Made by a program: the position numbers and the translations under genes. From Candidatus Nitrosomaritimum khambatensis (GTDB taxonomy: Archaea > Thermoproteota > Nitrososphaeria > Nitrososphaerales > Nitrosopumilaceae), in NCBI GenBank assembly GCA_011773785.1, contig WVWY01000001.1, positions 3,085 through 67,084 of the forward strand: a DNA stretch of 64,000 bases. Direction: 5' to 3'. Positions 47,738 through 57,384 of the stretch are shown piece after piece; the stretch's first letter is position 1, and the number at the start of each line of letters is the position of its first letter. Below the pieces are notes generated by a model. It ran no database searches. It had not been told where the DNA came from and was given only the letters and a program-made list of their open reading frames with translations.

Positions 47738-47890
47738 TTAAAGTAAATCTTCGTCTATCTTTTGGATGGGGTCTACATACTGTTTACAGGTACATGTTGG
47801 AATATTGCATTTGCCTAATTTCATTATAGATTCGTTATTTTCTGATGATGAGTGTGCCTCATCAGTATGATGACAAAGACGGCAGTTCAT
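47738..47890 (-). CDS. Cys/His-rich metal-binding microprotein (50 aa)
   Basis: Hand translation gives MNCRLCHHTDEAHSSSENNESIMKLGKCNIPTCTCKQYVDPIQKIDEDLL. Confidence 0.7.
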   Translation of the reverse strand: MNCRLCHHTDEAHSSSENNESIMKLGKCNIPTCTCKQYVDPIQKIDEDLL

Positions 47891-47932
47891 GAAATGTCTG
47901 TTTTTTCCCAATATTTAAGCGAGAAGATTTTA

Positions 47933-48967
47933 TTATGGAATTAAAACAGCTCTTGCTTCTATTTCGGAATCCTTTAATTTTTTTAATACTTCGTTTGCCT
48001 TTTCTAAGGGAAACTTTTCAGAAATTACTTCCAAATTTTGTTCATCACATATCTTGATCACTTGCTCCATGTCTTTGGTTGATCCAATCAATGTCCCCCG
48101 AATTGTCTTTTCTTCAAATGCAACAAAGGATGGTCTTTCTCCAATTGTTGCAATAACTATCATTCCTCCTTTTTTTACAGCTTTAATTGCAGTGTCTGTA
48201 ACAATATCGGCAGGTGCAAAAACTATTGCTGCATCCAACAATCCATGTTTATCCTTAATTTCTTTTAGAAGATTTTCTTGGTCTGCAGAAAAAACTAGCG
48301 CATCTGTTGCACCTAATCTTTTTGCAACTTTTAGATGATGTGCATTTCTAGAAAAAGCAATGACATTACATCCTTCAACCTTTGCAAATTGGACTGCCAT
48401 ATGTCCAACACCTCCAATTCCAAAAATTCCAATCTTTTTGTGAATGTGTGGCTCTGCAGCTTTTACTGCTTTGTAGGCAGTAATTCCTGCACAAAATAGA
48501 GGCGCTGCATATTCAGGGGTCATATTTTGAGGAACCTTGGTAGCAAAATCCTGAACAACTGGAATGTACTCCGAATATCCACCCTTGAGAGATTCTCCTG
48601 TGATGACAGATGTTTCACAAAGGTACTCTTTTCCTTCTTTACAGTATTGGCATTTTTTACATGCCTCTAACAATGGAGTTATTCCTGCCCTGTCTCCTAC
48701 TTTGAATTTTGTAACATTTTTTCCGATTTCAATAACTGTTCCAACTACTTCATGACCTGGAACTGTGGGGAGAGTTGGTGGTATTCCTAATTCTTTCCAA
48801 TCTCCCTCTATACCATGAAGCTGAGAATGACATACACCGCAGGCTTCGATCTTTAAGAGAATTTCATTTGGTTTTGTAATTTGGTGTTTATCGATTTGTG
48901 TTAATTTTAATGGGTTAGTTTCAATTGGCGCACATTCAGAAAGAACCATTGCTCTCATTTTATCCAT
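47933..48967 (-). CDS. Zn-dependent alcohol dehydrogenase (MDR family)
   Basis: CGVCHS, PGHE, C..C..C...C, LFCAG.T and GIGGVG. Start taken at ATG 48967. Confidence 0.93.
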   Translation of the reverse strand: MDKMRAMVLSECAPIETNPLKLTQIDKHQITKPNEILLKIEACGVCHSQLHGIEGDWKELGIPPTLPTVPGHEVVGTVIEIGKNVTKFKVGDRAGITPLLEACKKCQYCKEGKEYLCETSVITGESLKGGYSEYIPVVQDFATKVPQNMTPEYAAPLFCAGITAYKAVKAAEPHIHKKIGIFGIGGVGHMAVQFAKVEGCNVIAFSRNAHHLKVAKRLGATDALVFSADQENLLKEIKDKHGLLDAAIVFAPADIVTDTAIKAVKKGGMIVIATIGERPSFVAFEEKTIRGTLIGSTKDMEQVIKICDEQNLEVISEKFPLEKANEVLKKLKDSEIEARAVLIP

Positions 48968-49051
48968 GTTGACAAGTTTTCCTATGGAAATTTTAAGATT
49001 GTTACAAATCTTTTTTGAAAATGTATATTCTACTAGATCTCTAGAAAAAAA

Positions 49052-49354
49052 GTGACTCAAAAAGGAAATTGGACCGAAAAAGATGAAGCTACTATTCAAG
49101 CAATAGTTGTCAATATGATAAATCAAAAATCAATGTTCAAAGATCTTGGAGAAAAAGGTGAATTATATGATTCTTTTAAAATAAAGAATTCTCGAGAATA
49201 TATCTTAGGATTATTTACTGGCATTGTAATCAATTTGTTTGCAAACTATTGGATTGGAGAGCATGAAGCAGGATTGCTGCCTGATGATCTGAATTACCTG
49301 TATCATAAAATTTCGTCTTTTGAAGAAGAAATACTACATGGTCTTTTTGAATGA
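49052..49354 (+). CDS. Hypothetical protein
   Basis: 100-aa ORF, divergent from the ADH gene. Confidence 0.65.
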   Translation: MTQKGNWTEKDEATIQAIVVNMINQKSMFKDLGEKGELYDSFKIKNSREYILGLFTGIVINLFANYWIGEHEAGLLPDDLNYLYHKISSFEEEILHGLFE

Positions 49355-49445
49355 GAACATTATCAGTTCATAACAATTGAAATTATTATCTCCAGAAAAA
49401 TCTCAAATACATTAGAAAAATATATGTCAAAATGCATCTAATTTT

Positions 49446-49682
49446 GTGCCTGAGAAAATCACTGCCGAAGATCGTGAACGAGTGGCATTATTGCAATTAA
49501 TCACAAATTCAAAACATGAATTTAACAAACTTTCAATTACACAACTGACCAGATTACAGGAACTCATTGAAAAGAAAGATTACAGCCACGACAAAAAGGC
49601 TCAAAAATCCAAAATGAAACTTTTAGGTAAAATAAACGTCCGATTATACGAATTAGAAGAAGGACGTCACCCTATGGGTTGA
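49446..49682 (+). CDS. Hypothetical protein
   Basis: 78-aa ORF with a TATA-like TATATG upstream. Confidence 0.65.
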   Translation: MPEKITAEDRERVALLQLITNSKHEFNKLSITQLTRLQELIEKKDYSHDKKAQKSKMKLLGKINVRLYELEEGRHPMG

Positions 49683-49720
49683 CCAATTAGATACAAATAG
49701 TAACAAGATTGTTTGGTATT

Positions 49721-51751
49721 GTGCCAAAAAATCATTTAGCTTTAGAAACCAGTCCCTATTTACTTCAACATGTAGAAAATCCTGTTGATTGGTATGGTTG
49801 GAACGATGAAGCACTAAACAAAGCCAAACAAGAAAACAAACCAATCTTTCTTAGTATAGGTTATAGCTCATGTCACTGGTGTCATGTTATGGCACATGAA
49901 TCCTTTGAAAATGAAGACATTGCGAAATTTATGAATGAAAATTTTGTGAGCATTAAAGTTGACAGAGAAGAGAGACCTGACATTGATGACATTTATCAAA
50001 AAGTTTGTCAGATAGCTACTGGTCAAGGTGGTTGGCCCCTTAGCATCTTTCTTACTCCTGATCAAAAACCATTCTATGTTGGAACATATTTTCCAATTTT
50101 AGATTCATACGGTCGTCCAGGATTTGGGAGTATACTCAGACAGCTAGCACAAGCTTGGAAAGAAAAACCAAAAGACATTGAAAAAACTGCAAATAATTTT
50201 CTTGATGCGCTACAGAAAACAGAAACCATTAAAACTTCAACAAAACTTGAACGTGTTTTAGTTGATGAGGCAGCTATGAATCTGTTTCAGATAGGCGATT
50301 TTTCATATGGTGGATTTGGGTCTGCCCCCAAGTTTCCAAACGCAGCAAATGTCTCATTTCTGTTTAGATATTCAAGAATGTCTGGTCTATCAAAATTCAA
50401 TGAATTTGCCCTCAAAACCCTCAAAAAAATGGCCAAAGGAGGAATATTTGATCAAATTGGAGGTGGATTTCATAGGTATTCCACTGATGCCAAGTGGCTT
50501 GTTCCTCATTTTGAAAAGATGCTTTATGATAATGCCTTGATTCCTGTCAATTATGCTGAGGCTTTCCAGATCACAAAAGACCCATTTTACCTTGAGGTAT
50601 TAGAAAAAACATTAGATTTTGTTTTACGAGAAATGACTTCTCCCGAAGGCGGATTTTATTCAGCATATGATGCAGACTCTGAAGGGGAAGAAGGAAAATT
50701 TTATGTCTGGAGTAAGGGAGAAATTAAAAAAATTCTAGGTGAGGACTCTGACTTATTTTGCTTGTACTATGATGTGACTGATGGAGGAAATTGGGAAGGA
50801 AAAAATATTCTTTGTAATAACATTAACCTCTCTACTGTAGCATTTAATTTTGGATTAAGCGAGGATGTCGCAAAAGAGAAGATAACTTCTTGTTCTCAAA
50901 AACTCCTTGAAGCAAGATCAAAAAGAGTAATCCCTGGTTTGGATGATAAAGTTTTAACTTCGTGGAATGCTTTGATGATTACTGCATTTGCAAAAGGATA
51001 TCGAGTTACAAAGAATAAGAGATATCTTGAAGCTGCAACAAACTGCATTTTATTTATTGAAAATCATCTCTTTTTAAAAGAAAAACTATTACGAACATAC
51101 AAAAATGGTACCGCGAAAATTGATGGTTATCTGGAAGATTATGCATATTTTGCAAATGCTCTAATTGATGTTTTTGAAATTTCTGGAGATTCAAAATATC
51201 TTGAATTGGCAATAAAACTAGGGAATCATTTGGTTGAACACTTTTGGGATGAAAAAAATAAAAGTTTCTTTATGACTTCAGACAGTCATGAATCTCTAAT
51301 TATACGACCAAAAAGCAACTATGATTTGTCTTTACCTTCTGGAAATTCAGTTGCGTGTTTTACCATGCTTCGATTGTATCATCTTACTCAGGAAAGAAAA
51401 TTTTTGGAAATCTCTACTAAAATTATGGAATCTCAGGCACAAATTGCGGCTGAAAATCCATTTGGATTTGGATTTTTACTTAATACAATCTACATGTATT
51501 TACAAAAACCAATGGAGATTACAATTCTTAATGATTCAAACAAAGAAATTGTAGAATATTTAGAAAAATCCTATTTGCCTGAATCTATTTTTGTGGAAAT
51601 AAATAATTCTCAAAAACTTGAGACCTTAAAGTACCAATTCTTTGAAGGAAAAAATTTTGATTCAAATACTACCACTGTTTATGTTTGTAAAGATTTCACC
51701 TGCTCTTTACCACTTCAAAAAATTGAAGATGTAAAAAATAATATTTCTTGA
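49721..51751 (+). CDS. Thioredoxin-domain YyaL/SSP411 family protein
   Basis: [28 protein letters not shown] and [10 protein letters not shown]. Confidence 0.93.
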   Translation: MPKNHLALETSPYLLQHVENPVDWYGWNDEALNKAKQENKPIFLSIGYSSCHWCHVMAHESFENEDIAKFMNENFVSIKVDREERPDIDDIYQKVCQIATGQGGWPLSIFLTPDQKPFYVGTYFPILDSYGRPGFGSILRQLAQAWKEKPKDIEKTANNFLDALQKTETIKTSTKLERVLVDEAAMNLFQIGDFSYGGFGSAPKFPNAANVSFLFRYSRMSGLSKFNEFALKTLKKMAKGGIFDQIGGGFHRYSTDAKWLVPHFEKMLYDNALIPVNYAEAFQITKDPFYLEVLEKTLDFVLREMTSPEGGFYSAYDADSEGEEGKFYVWSKGEIKKILGEDSDLFCLYYDVTDGGNWEGKNILCNNINLSTVAFNFGLSEDVAKEKITSCSQKLLEARSKRVIPGLDDKVLTSWNALMITAFAKGYRVTKNKRYLEAATNCILFIENHLFLKEKLLRTYKNGTAKIDGYLEDYAYFANALIDVFEISGDSKYLELAIKLGNHLVEHFWDEKNKSFFMTSDSHESLIIRPKSNYDLSLPSGNSVACFTMLRLYHLTQERKFLEISTKIMESQAQIAAENPFGFGFLLNTIYMYLQKPMEITILNDSNKEIVEYLEKSYLPESIFVEINNSQKLETLKYQFFEGKNFDSNTTTVYVCKDFTCSLPLQKIEDVKNNIS

Positions 51752-51762
51752 TTAAGAATTTG

Positions 51763-52083
51763 TTATACTTTTCTTAAATCTATTTGGATTACTTCTCCAA
51801 CTTGAGGTCTTCCAAGTCGCTCGTATCTGTTTTTGGGCATTGCCATCGTGATTTGGGTCTGCTGATAACTTTTTACCTTGATAGTTGGTTGAGCTTGAAG
51901 AATTGCCTCAAGTAATGGCATGATTTGCTCTTTTGTTTCAGAGTCTAATTTTTTGGCAACATTTTCAATAATCATCTGTTTTTGAGATATTGGTTCAGTA
52001 GAAACATTTTCAATTAGAGTTAACTGTACCATTTGACCATTATCTACTATTTGTGAAATTTTAAACTCGTTTGTGTCTGACAA
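51763..52083 (-). CDS. Hypothetical protein, possibly arcadin-1-like
   Basis: TTG start at 52083 with a TATA about 27 nt upstream; IMPLLEAILQAQP and LGRPQVGEVIQIDL. Confidence 0.55.
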   Translation of the reverse strand: MSDTNEFKISQIVDNGQMVQLTLIENVSTEPISQKQMIIENVAKKLDSETKEQIMPLLEAILQAQPTIKVKSYQQTQITMAMPKNRYERLGRPQVGEVIQIDLRKV

Positions 52084-52114
52084 CAATTTGATAGAATATT
52101 CTGGAGATTTATAA

Positions 52115-52207
52115 TTACCGTAATGCAAAATATAATGATACAAAGGCAATTGCCACAGATGCTCCAACTCCTAGACCAAAAATAACCTTGCTTCCATCTA
52201 CCTTCAT
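52115..52207 (-). CDS. Single-TM microprotein (30 aa)
   Basis: MKVDGSKVIFGLGVGASVAIAFVSLYFALR. Confidence 0.55.
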   Translation of the reverse strand: MKVDGSKVIFGLGVGASVAIAFVSLYFALR

Positions 52208-52279
52208 AAACAAACCAGATACAAATTCAAATTAAATTGTAGCTTTTTACATTGATTTCTAAAACCTTGAAAAAAAGTA

Positions 52280-52606
52280 CTATTCAGGCACGGATTCTGG
52301 GTTCTCAGGACCCTCTGAAGATTCGTTTGTTGGTGCTACCAATGATTTCTTGATTATGGGTGCGCGCTCTTTTAGAATTTGATGAAACTCGTTCATGTCC
52401 TCTAGGCTTGGGGATTGTTGTTGATTTTGATATGCCTGTAAAAATCCTGAATATACACATCCTGCAATTATCCCAAATGCCGTATCTGTGATTGATTCTA
52501 TTTCTGGAACATAATTTTCTGCAATTTGCAAATATGATTGGGACTCACTAATGTAATAATCAATCAGACTGTCAATGAATTCTTTATTCTCTTTTGAAAT
52601 TGCCAC
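52280..52606 (-). CDS. Hypothetical protein
   Basis: 108-aa ORF with TATA TTAAATA upstream. Confidence 0.7.
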   Translation of the reverse strand: MAISKENKEFIDSLIDYYISESQSYLQIAENYVPEIESITDTAFGIIAGCVYSGFLQAYQNQQQSPSLEDMNEFHQILKERAPIIKKSLVAPTNESSEGPENPESVPE

Positions 52607-52749
52607 TAATTCTCTTAAAATTTTCTTTATTTAACTATCTCAAGTAAATTGTTGCCAATCGACAGGTTGTCAAAAACAATGCCGTAAAATTTGTATTTTT
52701 TAAAATTTCATTAATGTAATTAGTGGATTCATTAATTTAGAACATTACA

Positions 52750-53067
52750 TTAAATGAGAATCCTCTGAGTAAAAACTGTGTAAATTCCTACAACTGAAAA
52801 GCCAAAGGTAATCCCCGACAAAAGAACATAGACATAGTGTATTCTGTTAGTTAATTTTTCCTTAAGTTGGGGGATTGTCATGAATGGTATTACGACAACC
52901 AACAGGCTATAGTACAATAATCTCAAATATCCCCCTGAAAAAGATATTGAATACATAAAATACTTCATTGGGTCATCTGGCAATGTCTCTAATTCAAAAA
53001 CTTCCCCCATTGAAATTAAAAATGATAATCCAACTCCAATAAAAAACAGTTTAAGGGATTTTCTCAT
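52750..53067 (-). CDS. Small multi-TM hypothetical protein
   Basis: Three hydrophobic segments. Confidence 0.65.
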   Translation of the reverse strand: MRKSLKLFFIGVGLSFLISMGEVFELETLPDDPMKYFMYSISFSGGYLRLLYYSLLVVVIPFMTIPQLKEKLTNRIHYVYVLLSGITFGFSVVGIYTVFTQRILI

Positions 53068-53102
53068 GCGCTTTTGACCTTGTAATTGCTATTTTTAGAA
53101 CT

Positions 53103-53519
53103 CTAGGTATCTCTTGGTTGTACATAATCTTTGTGAACGATGAGTTTGTCAAAACCTTCCTCTTTTGTTGGGGTTTCTAGATCTCTCAACTGCTTATTGA
53201 TTACTGTAAGGGGAAATGGGTTCCTTCTTCTTAATCTCCTATGTTCAATTAAACCCCTAGATGTATTCATGAAAATCCCTATCACGTTGGCATTGTATTT
53301 TCTTGCCAAATCTATGTGGGATTTTCTAATTTGCCGTGTCAGGTTGGTGTCATCAATTACTACACTTTTCCCCTTTTTGAGGCATTCTTCTATGTATTCT
53401 GATTCTCTTTTTCTATTGTTATTAAAGTAAGAAAGTTGAATGATCTCATGGTCAAAATTGGCCTCTATGTAGGTTGTTTTTCCACTAAGGGCTATTCCAA
53501 TCATCATGACAAAATCCAT
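53103..53519 (-). CDS. AAA_33 / polynucleotide-kinase-like P-loop kinase
   Basis: GIALSGKTT, VVIDDTN...R, R..R lid and P...EGFD. Confidence 0.8.
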   Translation of the reverse strand: MDFVMMIGIALSGKTTYIEANFDHEIIQLSYFNNNRKRESEYIEECLKKGKSVVIDDTNLTRQIRKSHIDLARKYNANVIGIFMNTSRGLIEHRRLRRRNPFPLTVINKQLRDLETPTKEEGFDKLIVHKDYVQPRDT

Positions 53520-53722
53520 GGATTCTATGCCACTTCCTATTTGATTACAATTTAACATATGTTTATTCTTTATAATTTGGAAAATTCAATTAAGAAAATA
53601 TTGAGAAAATCAACAATCTTTAGAAACCTTTTTAGCTAATTACCTTCTACTTGTAGTATGAATCAGGTTATGTTGGACAAACCTGTCACAAGTAAATTGT
53701 TATTTATCCAAGAACTATTGTT

Positions 53723-54184
53723 TTGTTGTTGTGGAAATTAGATTTAGAAGACGAATATTTTAGAATCTATGATTCCAACAAACTAATTGCAGGGTATTTT
53801 GATCCTGATTATGGAGATATTTACCCAAAAGAAAATTCTGAAGAAATTATTTCACAAATGTTAAAGAATCATGACAAAATAATTGGGGGATTTGTTATGG
53901 TCCCTATGGTTAAATTTAGTCTGTTTGACCAAGATTTAGAAACCAATGTTGAAACAGTGGAAAGTCAGGTAATTTCTGTTCTTGATCGATTAAAAAAATG
54001 GAAAGCGTTTCTTTCCGAACGCAGTATAAAAATTCATTTTGTTAGAATTTCTCATACTGACCAAGACATGCTTACCATTACATTTCCATGTAAATTTTCA
54101 AAACCAACACCATTAGACAAAAACGAATTAATTGGCGAGATTGAACCTACTTTGGATTTGTTGCAGAAATCAGGTTTGTTATAA
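53723..54184 (+). CDS. Hypothetical protein
   Basis: 153-aa ORF. Confidence 0.7.
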   Translation: MLLWKLDLEDEYFRIYDSNKLIAGYFDPDYGDIYPKENSEEIISQMLKNHDKIIGGFVMVPMVKFSLFDQDLETNVETVESQVISVLDRLKKWKAFLSERSIKIHFVRISHTDQDMLTITFPCKFSKPTPLDKNELIGEIEPTLDLLQKSGLL

Positions 54185-54902
54185 TTCGTCCTGAATATCT
54201 TGAAATTCCAATGTATGCTGAAACTGAGCCTGCAAGCAAAGCAAGAGACCCAATTGGAAACTCTGGAACGGCAGCATATTCTTCAGATTCTGCAACTATA
54301 GTGTAATCTGCAATCTCCGAAATTTGGTTTTTGTCTGGCATTGCAACAACAAAATAGGTATCTTCTTCCGAACCTAGATAATCAGGTTCAGGATGAATCC
54401 TAGATACTGCAGCAACATTTCCTTCTCTATCATAAAGAGTTGCAATAACTGCAACAGTATTTGCTGTGATATCGCCATTGTTTTCAACAGTGCCTGAAAT
54501 TATCAAATTGTTGTGACTATCTCTTGTCAACTCTGACGAAGTAATATCAATGACTTGTCCCTTTGGCTCACTAATGGAGTACTCCAAGTCCAAAGAATAC
54601 GAATTAACACTTTGTGGATCTATGTCAGTAAAAATAAAATCAAAAGGACCTTTCATTTGAGGATTTATTGTATTTACAAGAGTCCCCGTTTCTTTAGTTA
54701 CAAGAACACTTTTGTTATTGTCATAAAGTGTAACAAAAACTGTAACCTGATTCAGGGGAGAATCAAGATTGTTTTGAACCTCTCCTACCACATGAAATGC
54801 GCCATCATCACCAACGTAAGATTTGTCTTTTTGTATTTCTACATCTGCAAATGCCATAGGTATTAGAGAAATCACAAAAATTACAAAAATATACCTAATC
54901 AC
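54147..54902 (-). CDS. Surface protein with two FxLYD domains and a PEF-CTERM-like tail
   Basis: GEVQN..VTLYD and GTVEN..ATLYD; VPEFPIG followed by a TM helix. Confidence 0.8.
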   Translation of the reverse strand: MIRYIFVIFVISLIPMAFADVEIQKDKSYVGDDGAFHVVGEVQNNLDSPLNQVTVFVTLYDNNKSVLVTKETGTLVNTINPQMKGPFDFIFTDIDPQSVNSYSLDLEYSISEPKGQVIDITSSELTRDSHNNLIISGTVENNGDITANTVAVIATLYDREGNVAAVSRIHPEPDYLGSEEDTYFVVAMPDKNQISEIADYTIVAESEEYAAVPEFPIGSLALLAGSVSAYIGISRYSGRIITNLISATNPK

Positions 54903-55022
54903 AACTCTAAGAGTTTTTGATCTTTAAAGAAGTTTGTGGTATTTGAAATTAATTTTTGCTAACCAGGAAAAAATGGTAGAAAATCAGAACTTGATATTAA
55001 ATAGTACTCCTCAATTAAACTG

Positions 55023-55493
55023 ATGTACAAAAAAATTCTTGTTCCTCATGCAGGCACTTCTGCAGGCGATTTAGCACTTAAGCATGCAATTCATATTGCA
55101 AAATCATCAGAATCAGAAATAATTTTGCTTCATGTTTTAGAGGACTTTCCACATGTTCCAGTTCTTTCCCTTCATTCCTCACAGGCAGCCAAACTCAAAA
55201 GAGAATTTGCGCAAATAACAAAAGACATGAAACAAGTAATGGAAGATGAAATGTCAAAACGAGCACTAATGTGTCAAAAACATGGTATTAAATCCAGTTT
55301 AAAGGTTGTAACGGGACTCGCAGCAGAAGAAATTTTGAAAATCATAAAAAACCAAAAAATGGATTTGGTTGTAATGGCAAAAAGAAGAAAACTCAAGGGA
55401 ATCAAAAGTCTTTTGTCTTTAGGGAGTGTATCAAGAAAGATTGTTGAGAATACTTCATGTCCAGTTCTAATGATAGATGCAGAAAAAAAATGA
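55023..55493 (+). CDS. Universal stress protein (UspA family)
   Basis: YKKILVP, LLHV, DLVVM and LGSVSRKIV..SCPVL. Confidence 0.92.
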   Translation: MYKKILVPHAGTSAGDLALKHAIHIAKSSESEIILLHVLEDFPHVPVLSLHSSQAAKLKREFAQITKDMKQVMEDEMSKRALMCQKHGIKSSLKVVTGLAAEEILKIIKNQKMDLVVMAKRRKLKGIKSLLSLGSVSRKIVENTSCPVLMIDAEKK

Positions 55494-55634
55494 AAGTATT
55501 GTTGACAAACCTCCTATAAACCAAATTGCATACAACTTATTTTGATAAAGGAGATTAAGGTTTGAAATTTAATTTTATGATAATTGACGACATTCTTAAG
55601 TTAGTTAAAAACAAGAAATCTCTAGGTTATTGTA

Positions 55635-55853
55635 ATGGATGAGACTGATGATTTGGAGGCAAAAAAATGTCCTGCATGCAATAGATTGATGATTAAGCAA
55701 GAATTTGATCTTACTTGGTTTTGTGAAAATTGCGACCAACCTCATGGAAAAGAACGAGCATCTGTTGAGGAAATTAACTTTAGAAAATGTACGAAATGTG
55801 GAAAAGATAGCGGGATTTTTGACCTATGCATAGAATGTAGGCCTAAAGATTGA
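55635..55853 (+). CDS. Double zinc-ribbon small protein
   Basis: Four CxxC pairs in 72 aa. Confidence 0.7.
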   Translation: MDETDDLEAKKCPACNRLMIKQEFDLTWFCENCDQPHGKERASVEEINFRKCTKCGKDSGIFDLCIECRPKD

Positions 55854-55895
55854 CTTGATATTCTTCAAATAGGCCAAAATTTTGAGGTATGGGAA

Positions 55896-56261
55896 ATGAC
55901 TGCTTTTGATAAATGGCTTCAACTTTATGGAAAAGCTTGGAAGCAAAGAAATCCTGATTTGATAAAAGATCTTTTTGCACAGAATGCCACCTATGCTGAA
56001 AAACCATTTTCTCCACCATTCAAAGGAATTGAAGAAATTACAAAATATTGGAAAGGAGTTTCTAATACTCAAAATGATATTTCTTTTGAATATCAAATTA
56101 TTTCTGAAAGCACCAATACGTGTGTAGCACATTTTGAAGCATCTTTTGCAAGACAACCTGGAAATGTGCAAGTAAAACTTGATGGAATTTTTCTTATCAA
56201 ATTTAATTCTGAGAATAAATGCACTAGCTTTTCAGAATGGTGGCAGAGTCAAAAATCCTAA
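55896..56261 (+). CDS. NTF2/SnoaL-like fold protein
   Basis: Y.KAW..LF..ATY.E.PF..G...I..YW ... F.EWW. Confidence 0.8.
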   Translation: MTAFDKWLQLYGKAWKQRNPDLIKDLFAQNATYAEKPFSPPFKGIEEITKYWKGVSNTQNDISFEYQIISESTNTCVAHFEASFARQPGNVQVKLDGIFLIKFNSENKCTSFSEWWQSQKS

Positions 56262-56269
56262 AATCTTTT

Positions 56270-56779
56270 CTATGGAGGCAAGTCTTCTGGGTCTATCCCA
56301 GTTTTTGCAGAATAATATTCCACCAATCCTGTCATTTCATATTCTAGTGATTGTTGTATTTGAGAATCAGATCTTACCTTGTAAGATTCCTCTCCCGTTC
56401 TAACCCATTCAATGAATTGTTTATCTCCTTCCAGTTGACTTTCTGATGAAAGTTTTAACAAATCTACTGCAGACTGGAATGATTCAGGCGAATCTAATTT
56501 GTCATATCTTGTGATGATTATTTCAAATTCATCAACATGTTTTTCATAAAATTGGAATAATTCCTCTTTAGTTATTGATCCTTCTTCCCACTGAGTTTTT
56601 TTAGAATAAAATTGTGTTTGTAATTCTTTGACATCATTTTGAATTTTTTCTAATTCCACACCAAAGACAAAACCCTTTTGCCTGGTTTGCTCGGTCGAAT
56701 AATTATAAACTATAATGCCGATGATTATTGCTGCAGCAATTGCTACCATGACCAAATTTTGCTTTTTTTTCTTTTTCAA
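56270..56779 (-). CDS. N-terminally anchored helical hypothetical protein
   Basis: Basic N-terminus, TM helix, then a helical domain. Confidence 0.7.
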   Translation of the reverse strand: MKKKKKQNLVMVAIAAAIIIGIIVYNYSTEQTRQKGFVFGVELEKIQNDVKELQTQFYSKKTQWEEGSITKEELFQFYEKHVDEFEIIITRYDKLDSPESFQSAVDLLKLSSESQLEGDKQFIEWVRTGEESYKVRSDSQIQQSLEYEMTGLVEYYSAKTGIDPEDLPP

Positions 56780-56781
56780 AC

Positions 56782-57069
56782 CTAATCGACGTAATTTCCA
56801 TTCTCATCTAGCTTAAGTTCAATAGTCAAAAGGGTTCCGCTGATAAAAGAATCATTTCTAATAGTTCTTACTTTTGCCACATCCAAATGATATGGCCAAA
56901 TTTCAACAACAATTGCCCCTACTTTGACATTTTCTGGAGCATCAGTAAGAACAATATCTTCTCGTTTAATTCCATATCTTTCTAAGGTATGAAGAGAGTG
57001 TTCAACTAGAGGTTCTGGATTATTATGATTAATTGCCCAAACTGTTCCTTCGTAATCAATCTTCTCCAT
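56782..57069 (-). CDS. Hypothetical protein
   Basis: 95-aa ORF. Confidence 0.7.
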   Translation of the reverse strand: MEKIDYEGTVWAINHNNPEPLVEHSLHTLERYGIKREDIVLTDAPENVKVGAIVVEIWPYHLDVAKVRTIRNDSFISGTLLTIELKLDENGNYVD

Positions 57070-57102
57070 TTTGAATTATACACAAAATGACTACTATAAC
57101 AA

Positions 57103-57336
57103 TTATTCGGGGTTAATGACATTCAAAGTCATTGTACTTACAACTCGTGATAATTTTCTAATTGCTGATACTGTTTTTTCAAATTCATCTTGATTGTCAG
57201 TCTGTATTTCGGCAATAATGTCATATGCACCAAAAGTCAAGTATGCGTTACTGACACTAGACATTTGTTTTAATTCATCTACGACATACTCTTCTGCCCC
57301 AAGGTCACAATTTAATAAAATAAAGCCTACGTGCAT
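57103..57336 (-). CDS. Stand-alone Lrp/AsnC ligand-binding (RAM) domain protein
   Basis: FILLNC..G.E..V, FGAYDII and IR....V.ST.TL. Confidence 0.85.
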   Translation of the reverse strand: MHVGFILLNCDLGAEEYVVDELKQMSSVSNAYLTFGAYDIIAEIQTDNQDEFEKTVSAIRKLSRVVSTMTLNVINPE

Positions 57337-57384
57337 TTTGTTTTTCTTAACTTGATTATGATTTAGAAGCCTTTAAGTTTTGCA

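Larger units (their letters stand above)
52641..53701. other. Two-gene cassette bounded by a 13-bp direct repeat and inner imperfect inverted repeats
   Basis: CAAGTAAATTGTT at 52641-52653 and 53689-53701; GACAGGTTGTC (52661-71) versus GACAAACCTGTC (53676-87). Confidence 0.4.

Noticed and set aside
47933..49126. Long N-terminal extensions in the ORF track (ADH; likewise rpl15e, rad50, JAMM, the nitroreductase and the 51763 gene)
   Set aside because: They overlap neighbouring genes or promoters. Downstream starts fit the family N-termini and TATA spacing better.
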